Shown here in pieces: positions 1 to 10,019 of a stretch of 41,273 bases of DNA; position 1 is the first letter of the stretch; every line of letters starts with the position of its first letter. The stretch is taken from the NCBI RefSeq assembly GCF_000315625.1, contig NW_005434593.1:60659-101931 (forward strand). The letters are read 5' to 3'. The DNA comes from Guillardia theta CCMP2712 (lineage: Eukaryota; Protista; Cryptophyta). The notes beneath the pieces were generated by a model. It worked only from the letters and a program-made list of their open reading frames with translations, did not search any database and was not told where the DNA came from. Both the position numbers and the translations under genes were made by a program.

Positions 1-248
1 CTTGGTCAGGTCGGCAGAGCTACCAATGTAAGGGTGGACCAACGTCACGTCCGCCATCAAGCCCTCGTACTGCTCGGACCCTCGATCGCGGATTCCAGGG
101 ATGTGGATATCGCCCTTCATCTTGCGGCCATGAGGATGGGAGGGTACCTGCCGTCGAGAACGAGGATCCCCCACTGTATCGATGACGCTCTGAAGACCAG
201 CTTCGTTCAGCATCGACCGAATCGTACGAGTAAGGTTGTCATGCGCCG
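1..248 (-). pseudogene. Restriction-like endonuclease domain fragment of the non-LTR element (runs off window start)
   Basis: Open minus frame reads PAHDNLTRTIRSMLNEAGLQS...GRKMKGDIHIPGIRD...GLMADVTLVHPYIG, which fits the RHD...(P/G)D...DVTVxxP pattern of RLE retroelements. Confidence 0.65.
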
Positions 249-536
249 GCCAGCAGTGCTGGTTCTTTTCGGGCTTGTGTGTTGTGTGTGTTTGTGCAGC
301 TTCTCGCTGTGGACTGTGTACCTGCCGGTTCAGCTTGTTCCTGCTTTGTTTTGCTTGAGGCACTTTTTACCTTCTGCCAGTAAATCCTATACCTAGTATC
401 GCGTCTAGGATTTACTGATAAAAAGTGCCTCAAGCAAAACAAAGCAGGAACAAGCTGAACCGGCAGGTACACAGTCCACAGCGAGAAGCTGCACAAACAC
501 ACACAAAACACAAGCCCGAAAAGAACCAGCACTGCC
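249..536. repeat. Tail-to-tail inverted pair of the element's 3'-terminal ~130-140 bp
   Basis: 249-391 (gccagcagtgctgg...agtaaatcctata) is mirrored by 406-536 (taggatttactg...ccagcactg), with a spacer of about 15 bp. Confidence 0.9.
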
Positions 537-673
537 TAGTAAATCGGACTACTCTCAGAGGAGTCACATTGCGCTGCGGAGGAATGAATTGCTCTGCCAG
601 TAAATCCACTTATCTGCTCATGAGACGAGTCGACGAGAGCAGCCGGGGCAGGTGGGATCGCCGCGCCATCTCT

Positions 674-951
674 CAGTCGGCTGCCTCCGGGTATCGCGTC
701 TAAGGGATGTTATTCCTCCTGCATGCTCCTGCTGCTTGTTGCTTGATTGCTTGACCCTTAGGCTGCTTGTCTGCGCGGCTTCTCGCTTGGGCTGGCGATG
801 CCGCGTCTGGGTGCCAGCAGTGCTGGTTGTTTTCGGGCTTGTGTTTTGTGTGTGTTTGTGCCGCTCGCTGTGGACTGTGTACCTGCCGGTTCAGCTTGTT
901 CCTGCTTTGTTTTGCTTGAGGCACTTTTTATCTTCTGCCAGTAAATCCTAT
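674..951 (+). repeat. ~280-bp 3' terminal unit (putative 3' UTR) of the retroelement
   Basis: Near-identical to 1394-1675 and similar to 2415-2803. All copies end at ccagtaaatcc(tata) and have variable 5' ends. Confidence 0.9.
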
Positions 952-1009
952 AGGATCCATCTGCAGCCGTGACGGCGGCGACGCCGTATCAATGCCCAGG
1001 GACCGCCAG

Positions 1010-1676
1010 AGTACCACGCGAGGAATCGAGCGATAGCGGTATAGTAAACAGCTGAGTGTATACCTTCACAGGGCGTGAACTCGTCCCCTCCCCGACTATG
1101 GGGAAGCTCCCGCTTGAACCTTCCTCCCCGGCATCGGTCGGGTCACGCCGGTCCTTGGGCATTGCCGCGGCGTCGCCGCCGTCACGGGCGGCTACCACTG
1201 ACTTGGCTACCGCTGACTCGGAGGCTAGCGAGGAGGACTACCTCGAGCGGTACCGTGTTCATGTGTCCAGCCTCCCTCCGTCCGCTGCCCCAGGCGGACC
1301 CCCGGGCAGCGCCGGCTCCTTGTCGGCGGCTGCCCTTTCTCCGTCCGCGGCCGCCCGCTTTGTGGCGGCAGCGGACGTCTCGACTGACAGTGGTCAGTCG
1401 GCTGCCTCCGGGTATCGCGTCTAAGGGATGTTATTCCTCCTGCATGCTCCTGCTGCTTGTTGCTTGATTGCTTGACCCTTAGGCTGCTTGTCTGCGCGGC
1501 TTCTCGCTTGGGCTGGCGATGCCGCGTCTGGGTGCCAGCAGTGCTGGTTCTTTTCGGGCTTGTGTTTTGTGTGTGTTTGTGCAGCTTCTCGCTGTGGACT
1601 GTGTACCTGCCGGTTCAGCTTGTTCCTGCTTTGTTTTGCTTGAGGCACTTTTTATCTTCTGCCAGTAAATCCTATA
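1010..1676 (+). mobile_element. Longest 5'-truncated copy: C-terminal coding remnant plus 3' UTR
   Basis: RYSKQLSVYLHRA at ~1036-1075 resembles the RLE C-terminal 'RLSVALQR' motif. It is followed by an Ala/Ser/Pro-rich tail, a stop at 1422-1424 and the 280-bp terminal unit. Duplicated at 2114-2803. Confidence 0.6.
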
Positions 1677-1689
1677 TCTCTCGCAAACT

Positions 1690-2035
1690 CTAGCAGGTCG
1701 GGGTGTGCGAGTTTTGCCAGCGGTGGTACTTCTCGAGGGCCAGGCCGGACAGAGAGGTCAAAGCGACGAATTTGTGATTGGACCCGCGGGAGAAACGGAG
1801 ATGACCCCTGGAGGAAGAAAAAGGAGCTTCTGGAGATGGCTCGCCCTCACCAGCGTCTTGAACATGAAGCCATGCTGGACGAGCCCGAGCTGCGAGAGCT
1901 CTTCGTTGAGGCTGGAGACCTTCGCTCGGAGCTGACTAGCATGAATTCCATCCGTGCCGATGGGAAGGCCCCCAAGTGTAATCCCGCCGGAAAACTCGAC
2001 ACCACTGGGGTCCTTGCTGCTGGTCCGAGCTCGCC
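1690..2035 (-). pseudogene. RT domain 7/thumb fragment
   Basis: GGITLGGLPIGTDG...AKVSSLNEELSQL...LVRASHLQKLLFL...(frameshift)IRRFDLSVR; the LGxPIG motif is typical of CRE-like RTs. Confidence 0.6.
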
Positions 2036-2113
2036 TGCTTCCGCTTTGTTTTGCTTGAGGCACTTTTTACTTCTGCCAGTAAATCCACTGCCAGTAAATC
2101 CTATATATTGACT

Positions 2114-2803
2114 ATCCTCCCCGGCATCGGTCGGGTCCCGCCGGTCCTTGGGCATTGCCGCGGCGTCGCCGCCGTCACGGGCGGTGTTGGTTTGGTTTCG
2201 GCTACCGCTGACTCGGAGGCTAGCGAGGAGGACTACCTCGAGCGGTACCGTGTTCCTGTGTCCAGCCTCCCTCAGTAAATCCTATATCGCTCCGTCCGCT
2301 GCCCCAGGCGGACCCCCGGGCAGCGCCGGCTCTCGGAGTCCTTGTCGGCGGCTGCCCTTTCTACGTCCGCGGCCGCCCGCTTTGTGGCGGCAGCGGACGT
2401 CTCGACTGACATTGGTCAGTCGGCTGCCTCCGGGTATCGCGTCTGAGGATTTTTTCCTCCTGCATGCTCCTGCTGCTTGTGCTGATGCTGATTACCTCTG
2501 CCAGTAAATCCACTAACACCACGCTTGACCCTTCGGCTGCTTGTCTGCGCGGCTTCGCGCTTGGGCTGGCGATGCCGCGTCTGGGTGCCAGCAGTGCTGG
2601 TTCTTTTCGGGCTTGTGTTTTGTGTGTGTTTGTGCAGCTTCTCGCTGTNNNNNNNNNNNNNNNNNNNNNNNNNNNNNNNNNNNNNNNNNNNNNNNNNNNN
2701 NNNNNNNNNNNNNNNNNNNNNNNNNNNNNNNNNNNNNNNNNNNNNNNNGGAGGTTCTGCTTTGTTTTGCCTGAGGCACTTTTTACCTTCTGCCAGTAAAT
2801 CCA
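2114..2803 (+). mobile_element. Second 5'-truncated copy with internal micro-insertions (spans N gap 2649-2748)
   Basis: Aligns by eye to 1122-1675, with extra terminal motifs at ~2274 and ~2496. Confidence 0.75.
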
Positions 2804-2854
2804 TAAGCAACAAGCCGCCGCAGGAGCATGCACTGCGGGAGGAATAAAAGACGC

Positions 2855-3005
2855 TGAGTCTTGAGTCTTGAGACGGCGCTTAAGGCTCTTCTTCAGCTGC
2901 AAGAGATTAGGGTGTTGGTGCCAGGAGGGAATGTAAACTTTCGACTCGCGAGGTTGAATCGCAAGCTGCAGATCGGCCAACATGTACTTCTTCATATTGT
3001 TGTAG
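2855..3005 (-). pseudogene. RT domain 6 fragment
   Basis: NMKKYMLADLQLAIQPRESKVYIPSW...LKKSLKRRLKTQ; a paralogous copy lies on the + strand at 3613-3732. Confidence 0.55.
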
Positions 3006-3504
3006 GTGTTTGTGCAGCTTCTCGCTGACAATATAGGATTTACTGGCTCGCTGTACACTGTGTGCATGCAGGTTTAGCTTGTTCCTGCTTTGTTTTGCTT
3101 GAGGCACTTTTTACCTTCTGCGAGTAAAATTCTAACTACTATCACACTGTGTCGGACACTGGCAGCTTGGCATGCCATGCCAAGATAGCAGTCGAGCATC
3201 TGAGCATAGCGATGCGGGAAAGCCTTGAGGGGATAGGAGGTTTTACTCGAATAAGTGCCTCAAGCAGAAGAAAGCTGCAACTAGCAAAACCGGCAGGCAT
3301 AGAGACACAGCAAAAGTACTCTTCTGCCACAGCATCCACCCACCGTAACTGGCACTGGTATAGGATTTACTGGCAGAAGGTAAAAGTGCCTCAAGCAAAA
3401 CAAAGCAGGAACAAGCTGAACCGGCAGGCACTGCTCCTTCTCGGTTGCTGCTTTCTTCTGCTTGAGGCAATTTTTGCCTTATGCGAGAAAAACTCAGACT
3501 CGAG

Positions 3505-3775
3505 CTTCTCCATGTCGCAGACCTTTCCCCCTCTGTTTGAGTCTTGGCCTACGCTGACAACGTCGTCATTGTTGCCAGGGCCACTCGAGGATGCCGTTGT
3601 CAGTTACCTCCGCAATGAAGAAGTACATGAGGCACTTTTTACCTTCTGCGAGCAAACATTCACATGTTGGCTGATTTGAAGCTTGAGATTCAACCGCTAA
3701 AGAAGAACCTGAAGCGCCGTCTCAAGACTCAGCTTCTCCCCGGAGGCCTGCCCATGATCGGCACCGATGGTTTTC
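3505..3775 (+). pseudogene. Internally deleted RT core fragment with YADN motif
   Basis: 3541-3573 reads V-L-A-Y-A-D-N-V-V-I-V, followed across frameshifts by GPLEDAV, MKKYM, MLADLKLEIQP and GGLP-IGTDGF, in canonical RT domain order. There is an in-frame stop just upstream. Confidence 0.7.
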
Positions 3776-4059
3776 GCGGAGGCTGGTCCGAGCTCTGCGC
3801 TCAGTAGACGCTTCCTCTCCGAAACTGTCTCTGTCATTCTTGCTGTTGTTGCATGGGCCTTGAATCTTCAGGAGGCTCCCGCCTCGCTGAATGTCTTCAT
3901 CTACAGTACAGTACTTGACGATATAGCCTGCCGGCAGGCTTCCCCGCGGCTGACGGAGTCCTCATGATAGCCTCTGAGGAGAGTCACAGGCGGCCTCGGA
4001 TACGGTCATGGACGTGTCACCTGCCAGGCTGAGATGCCATGAAAGTTCCCTGGCAAGTT

Positions 4060-4500
4060 CCGATGCTCCCGCCGGCCCTGCCTGCCAGTGACCGACTGAC
4101 CGTCGGACCGGGCCCACCGGGCCGGGCCCGGGCTCAGCGCGGCACCGTGCCTGCAGTCGAAGTCAGGGATGATTGGAAAATTGTGGGCCCGCCTCATCCT
4201 TTTGGCCTGAGACGTAGGCGGCACCTATGATGTGGTAGGGGTTGTACAAGAGTCGGGGTAGGGGTACTTGTGTATTGAGGAAAGTTCTACAGTGGTCTTC
4301 ACAAAAATCCCTTGGGGTGACAGCCGGTGATATCTATATGTGCAGATATATGAAGAAACACTTATAGTAGTGAGGCCATGGCTGTAATGTTGGGTAGAAG
4401 CTGTTGAAATGGAATATGGGGGGGTAGGGGTATATATATGTAAGGTAGGGTAGTATTAAGTGTGGGTGGGGATGATAGCAGGGGTAGAAGGTTGTTCCCC
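4060..4500 (+). promoter_or_regulatory. CCGG-rich island followed by GGGGTA(G)-rich block upstream of the 4-TM gene
   Basis: Clustered ccgg/gggccc at 4070-4140 and ggggtagggg at ~4255 and ~4421. The same architecture recurs upstream of other genes; function is inferred. Confidence 0.35.
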
Positions 4501-5133
4501 CCCAAATGAAATGGAGGAGCGAGGGGGAGAGCAAGGAGGGGGAGGAGGAAGAGGCAGAGCAAGCGAAAGCAGCACCAGCACCAGCAGCATGTCCAGTATG
4601 ACAAGTAGACACTGACAAGAAACAGCTTGAGGAGCAAGAAGAGGGACAGGAGTACATGAAAGCATGGTATAGAATGCAACATATGGTCCATCAAAATCAA
4701 AACAATATGAAAGATATCCTGACATTATCATTGATTCCGTTGCTTCTACTTCTTCTCCTTCTTCGATCATCCTCCCTTTGCCGTCTGCTTTTGCTTCTCT
4801 GGTAGCTCTTATTTTCCCTTTCAATGTTCTGAATCGCGGAGATATGATGGAAGTAGAAAGGGAAAGATTATAATGATAGATACGATGATCATGATCACCG
4901 AAAATATGAAGACCAAGGTCATGGAGATGTTTAGACGGTAGGAGCTGGAGATGGAAATAGAAAGACACATGGAGTATGAGGAACAGCAGGAGCAAGGGGG
5001 ACGCGCTGTACCTGATGTTTTCAGACAGACATGGGAGTTTGTGTGGACAGCTGCAGCGATGGACCTCGCGCGATTTGCAGGATCCTTCAGGTGCTGGCTG
5101 CTGGTTTTCCTTGTTGTGCCCCCTCTCAAGGCG

Positions 5134-7168
5134 ATGACGTGGCAGGCGATCATCAGCGGCATCTTCCTCTTCATCGGGATTGTCTGCCAGGTGAGGCAGC
5201 GAGGGCTCGAGGGCTCTTAGCAAGAGAGGGGTCTTGTCTTGCTGTGAGCTTGTTGCTCTCAGTTCTGGTCTGGTTTAAATCTCAACGACGTTCCTCTCTC
5301 TTCTCTCTGCGAGACCTACAGGTCCGCCTCGTCATCCTCGCCTTGAGCTTCTCTGCCTCACCTTGATGCAGTGGGGATGGTTCGCCAATGACTCAGAGCG
5401 ACTTCTCTTCTCTCCTCCAATGGTTCTAAGAGCTTTTGCCTCCTCCTCCTCCTCCTCCCTCCTCCCTCCTCCCTCCTCCCTCCTCCCTCCTTCCGCCCTC
5501 CTCCCTCCTCCCTCTTCCTCCTCCCTCCTCCTCACTTCTTCTGTCTCTTTACTTCTCCTCACGCCTGCTCCCTTGGATCTCTGCCCTCACCTTCACCAGC
5601 TGTTTCTCTTCCTCCTCCTTGACCAGAGAGCTTGCTCAAACTCATCTCCCTCCCTTCCCAACCCCTCAAGCTTTACCATTCACTCCCCTCCTTCCCTCAG
5701 GTACAACACGTTCGTCGGTTGTAAGCAACAGACTTGCGCGTCCTATGAGGGAGCAGCATGTGAGTTCTACCTCCCCCCCCAGCTTCTCCTCGACCTGCCT
5801 CTCCTCACTCTCCGCCTCCTTCGGCTGCTCAACTTGCTCCAGCCTTCTTTCTCAATGGCAACTCCTACGCCAGCAAAGGCTCTCGCATCGACATGCTGCG
5901 GTCCGTGACCCTCGCGCTTGGCGCTGACTGACCCCTGGATGTGCTGCAGCTATGCGGACGCGAGGTTCTACTGCAAGTACGCCCCTCATCAGGTGTGAAC
6001 CGCTCCCCTCCTTGGATCCTCGTTAGGCTGCTGATCCTCCTCGCTTCTCTCCTCCTTGGATCGTTCCTCTTGTGCAGGTCTCCTCGCAACCCCAGAGCGT
6101 GACCTGCATCACCAAGCTCATGAGCAATCCTTATTCGGACCCGTGAGACCTCCGTCTCCGCCTCCTGCTCCTCCTTTTCCTTCTCTTCCTCCTCCTCTCT
6201 TCCTCTCCTTCTCTCCTCCTCCTTCTCTCCTCATTTTTTGCTTTTCCTCTTCTTCTCTCCTCACACTTTCCAGGTATCCCTGCCGTCTGTGGCCCGGACA
6301 GCCTGTGGCCACTACAGACAAGTGCGAGCAAGCGGCGTGTGCGGCAGCTCTGACTTAGGTTGCAGCGCCAACTGGTACGTGCTGCCGACGGATGGGACGC
6401 GAGGGGCGATGTACCACATCAACTGCTATGACAAGTAAGTGGGGGAGAAGTGGAGAGGGCAGCTACAGGCGCCTACCTCTGACTTGAGTGCAGGCTTGCT
6501 GTCTACTCGGCGTTTCTCAAGTCCTTGTATCAAGGTGGTGGTGGGGAGCATGGGGAGGTGACCGTGACAAGCTGGCAGGCACCTGGAGCGACTCTCAGAT
6601 CCAGGTGGCGCAGAGCGAGTTCCTGCAGGGCTGCGTGCTGGACAAAGGGTCGGACGGGTATATCCTCATCATCGGACCCATCTTCGCCATCCTCGGGGGC
6701 GTCATCACGACTCTGACCATGTTCAAGAAGTTCAATGGCCCGCCATGGCCTGAGATGGGGATGAATCTGCTTCTCATCTCCATCATCCTCCTCCTCGTCA
6801 GCTTCTGGTCCATCAGCTTGTCCACCACCGCCGACATCTCCGGCAACTACACCTACTGCGGCTCCTCGCAGGCCCCGTTGGTCAACCAGGGCCGCTGGTT
6901 TGACAACTCTCCCTGCATCGACCAGGACTCACAGGGCAGCCGGAGCTGGAACCCCTTCATTTCTCAGCTTCTCCTGCTGGACTCGGTGTATGTGGCTGGC
7001 GGCGTCCTGACCTTTCTGTCGACTATCATGTACCTGGGCCTCTCGTCGGGCTTCACTGAGAGCATGATGAGCGAGAAGTTCGGCAAGTACCTCGTCACCC
7101 TGCAGGACATCCCGATGAAGATCCGCCTCCCTTTCCCTCCTAAGAACGCCAACCCAGCTAAGCAGTAG
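5134..7168 (+). CDS. Multi-exon four-TM membrane protein with large Cys-containing first loop (claudin/PMP22-like topology)
   Basis: About 11 GT-AG exons join in frame: MTWQAIISGIFLFIGIVCQ|FWSGLN...WYNTFVGCKQQTC...ARFYCKY...YHINCYDK...GTWSD...YILIIGPIFAILGGVITTLTMF...LLLISIILLLVSFWSI...NYTYC...VYVAGGVLTFLSTIMYLGL...PAKQ*. The start could lie further upstream. Confidence 0.7.
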
Positions 7169-7208
7169 CTTGGCAGCGACTGAATATGAATGATCAAGTC
7201 ATGCTTTA

Positions 7209-8800
7209 TTACTCCCCTTCTCTTTCCCCATCCCCTCCCGCTTCCCCCTCCTCTCCCTCTTCCCTTTCTCTATCCCCTCCTGCCTCTGCTGCCGTTGTAG
7301 AATTACTAAGGTACTTCACGCACCATTCCTTCCAGCCTCCTCCCAGCGTCTCTTCTAGAACTTCTTCGCTCGCCGACAAGCTGCTCACAACTCCGCTGCA
7401 GAAATTTTTCCAGCTCATCCCGTCCCCTTGCTGGGCCCCAGCTACACCCTGCGCTCCCTGCGCTGCCTTCCACGCGTCACTTCCGTGGACGTTTTCGCAG
7501 AAAGAAGCTCCATGCTCGGTCACGCACTCGTCTTGGTACCACGAGCCGCAGTGGGGAAGGTGACGGGAGACTTGATGTAGGCGCGGACATCTGCTGTAGG
7601 AGCCAAGACCCCTCACCGCCTCCTCCACATCGTCCTCGCATGCGTTGCACATGCACTGGAGAAACTCGTGCATCTGACTGCAGTGCTTCCAGAGAGGAAA
7701 CGATCGCTTCCTCACTCTGTCTTTGCACTCTCGTTCCTTCTCGAACGCCCTCGAGCTCTTGCACGTTTGTGCCGGGTTGATCCACGCCTAGCATGTAGTC
7801 AGTGAGAAGAGAAGATGATGCAAGGAAAGGGCATGAAACAGCAAAGGGGGAAGAGCTTGAAAGAGGCGAAGAAAGGAGAGGGAGGAGGAGGAGGAGAAGG
7901 GGAGGAGAAAGCGAATGTGACGAATGTGACAAGAACATGGCTCACAGTCTCGTCGTTGAGCAGGGTAAGAGCAACTCCGTAGCGAGATTCTCCAACGTGA
8001 GAAAGCACAGCTGGGCACCAGGCAGCATCAAGCGGGGCATGGCAGAGCAGGCGATAGCTATGAACCCCTTAGTCATCGTCACTTGCACAAGGAAAACCTA
8101 CGAGGAGAAGCAGTTGCCTCCTGGCTGAATGTCCTGAAAGAAGGGGGAAGAGGAGGAGAATTAGGATCAGCAGACATCCAAATCATCAAGTGCACACCTC
8201 GTTCATGTCCTGGCAACCTGCTACTCTTCTCATCTCCAGCACGGTTTGTCTTTCTCGCTCGTCCTTGACCCAGAAGCTGCGTCGTACGTCATCTCGCATG
8301 TCGCTCAAGCGCATACACAAACTTCTCGTTCCACGTCCACAACTTCTGCGGGTCGCAGGCCATGCATGCGCACTAGAAGAATATCAGAAAGAGTAAGGGC
8401 AAGAGGTCACGGCAGGCCTGGAAGGGGGCGACATAGTCATGGCAAAACCTCGAGGAGGTTAGGAGATGTCTGCTGTTGTCATTGGCTTTCATCTGGCAGG
8501 GAAGAGGATCAGACGCCAGAGGACGAACGTCTGCGGATCTTCTCTCACCTCCATCTCTTCCTTGCATCTCCTCATTCGCTCCATGTCGCAGGCGCTGGGT
8601 GGTACCGACCCGACGTGACCTGTGGACATCCTGATGTGCCTCCACCTTCCGCCCTCGGAGGAAGCAAGAAGACTGACTGAACTGCTGCCAGGCTGCAGCC
8701 CCTCGTCTCCTTCCTCCTGCCTCCTCACGCTTGTCATCATCAACACGCTCAGCATCAGGGACGTCGCCGCCACCGCCACCATCGCCACCCGCATCTGCAT
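7209..8800 (-). CDS. Multi-exon Cys-rich protein with N-terminal signal anchor, unknown function
   Basis: MQMRVAMVAVAATSLMLSVLMMTS hydrophobic start; CxCxAC motifs in two exons (CACMACD, QCMCNACE); last exon ends at stop 7209. Internal splicing is only partly resolved. Confidence 0.55.
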
Positions 8801-8995
8801 TGCCGGGACCTCCCAGATCCCACCCCTACCCCCAGGAAGGATATACTCGGTTTCAATCACCCCCGGGCTAACATAACTAAAAGTACCCCACCATGACCAT
8901 TGTTCGAGCCACCCCCCACCCCCTTTTACCGTCTGAGTGTGTCTCTTCGCTGGCTTCACCTCCCTGTGAGATTTTTATTCAAAGTTAAGTAACTT

Positions 8996-9375
8996 TTGCC
9001 CGGCACCGTTGAGCCGGCACTGCCGGCGGCCGGGCCGCTACTGGCTAGCCGGCCGGCCGGGCCCGGCCCGCGGCGGCCCGGCGGTGAGCCTCCCGGAGTC
9101 CTCGGAGTCGGACTCGGGATGCTGACGGCCGCCGTCACTGCCCAGCCCCCCGGCCCGGCCCGGGCCGGGTTGACACTTACTAGTTACAGTGAGACTGAGA
9201 CGGTCCCCGGCCGGCACGGTACCGTAGTACCGTGACGTCCACGGTCACTGTGACTCGGAAGTCCGGGCCGGTGTACTACGTACTAAAGCCTGCAGTGTGC
9301 AGTGTGCCGCGTGAGTGCCGTCACCCCGGTCGGCCCGACTGCCACTGCCAGTACGGTGTACGGTCCGGGCCGATT
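8996..9375. promoter_or_regulatory. CCGG-dense island between divergent genes, followed by AT-rich tract (9400-9920)
   Basis: Roughly 20 CCGG in ~380 bp plus several GTAC; no credible ORF. Confidence 0.4.
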
Positions 9376-10019
9376 CAGGGCCATTTTCAGTTAACTAAGT
9401 TATAACCTATTGTAAACGACATAGAGTACTAATTGTTACCATGTATTTGTACCAGAATGGCGCAGCGTTCGCGGTTGTCCTGGTACCTCAATATTTACTC
9501 ATCTTTTAAAAATAGTTTTAAGTTTGTGCACCAGGGACGCTTTCTGTAGTTGAGGAGGGTTTGTCTTTTCCGGCGGGGGTCTTCTCGCAACTTCTGTTCT
9601 TGAAAATCACCCACCTTGCATCCCGCTCATACATCGTTCTCAATAGTGCAGGAAGTATCAAATAATCACTCAATAAACTTCTTTGCTTACTTGTAGGATT
9701 TTGTACTGTAATATTGGCAAGACTACGAGACAATATTTATTATAAAAGCTCTACCCAGGAGTAAAGGAAAATATTTATATAGTAGAATTTTTATAAATAT
9801 TTATACATCATTCACTACCAGTAGCGGTCCCTTCAAATCTATTTGGGAAGAAGAACCTTTTAAAATATTTTTTGAATACAATTTGTTTTATCGACTGTAT
9901 TAGCTGAGGTACTAAAATTAGTATCGGTTTCTTGAAAGGAGCTGCAGTACATCAAGTTGCAGGCAACTGGTACCACCCCCTTCCCCCGTTCCGAAAATTA
10001 CTCCAAGGGTACACGCGGC

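Larger units (their letters stand above)
1..3800. mobile_element. Degenerate nested cluster of a CRE-like (RLE-clade) non-LTR retrotransposon
   Basis: Hand translation gives an RLE-like fragment (AHDN...KGDIHI...ADVTLVHP), RT fragments (LAYADNVVIV; LADLQLAIQPRESKVY; GITLGGLPIGTDG) and a C-terminal KQLSVYLHRA motif. These are mixed with many copies of a shared 3' segment ending CTGCCAGTAAATCC(TATA) in both orientations. Confidence 0.75.

Noticed and set aside
674-1676. LTR pair or spliced-leader/snRNA gene array
   Set aside because: No TG...CA ends or primer-binding site and no recognisable Sm site or snRNA. Fixed 3' ends with variable 5' ends plus RLE motifs fit a non-LTR element better.
239-2813. 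Repeated small ORFs (MPQAKQS..., ...LFCLRHFL...) as a peptide gene family
   Set aside because: They are translations of the repeated retroelement terminus in both orientations, with non-ATG starts and variable ends.
4250-4500. Telomeric repeat tract
   Set aside because: The G-rich motifs are dispersed and irregular, not a tandem array.
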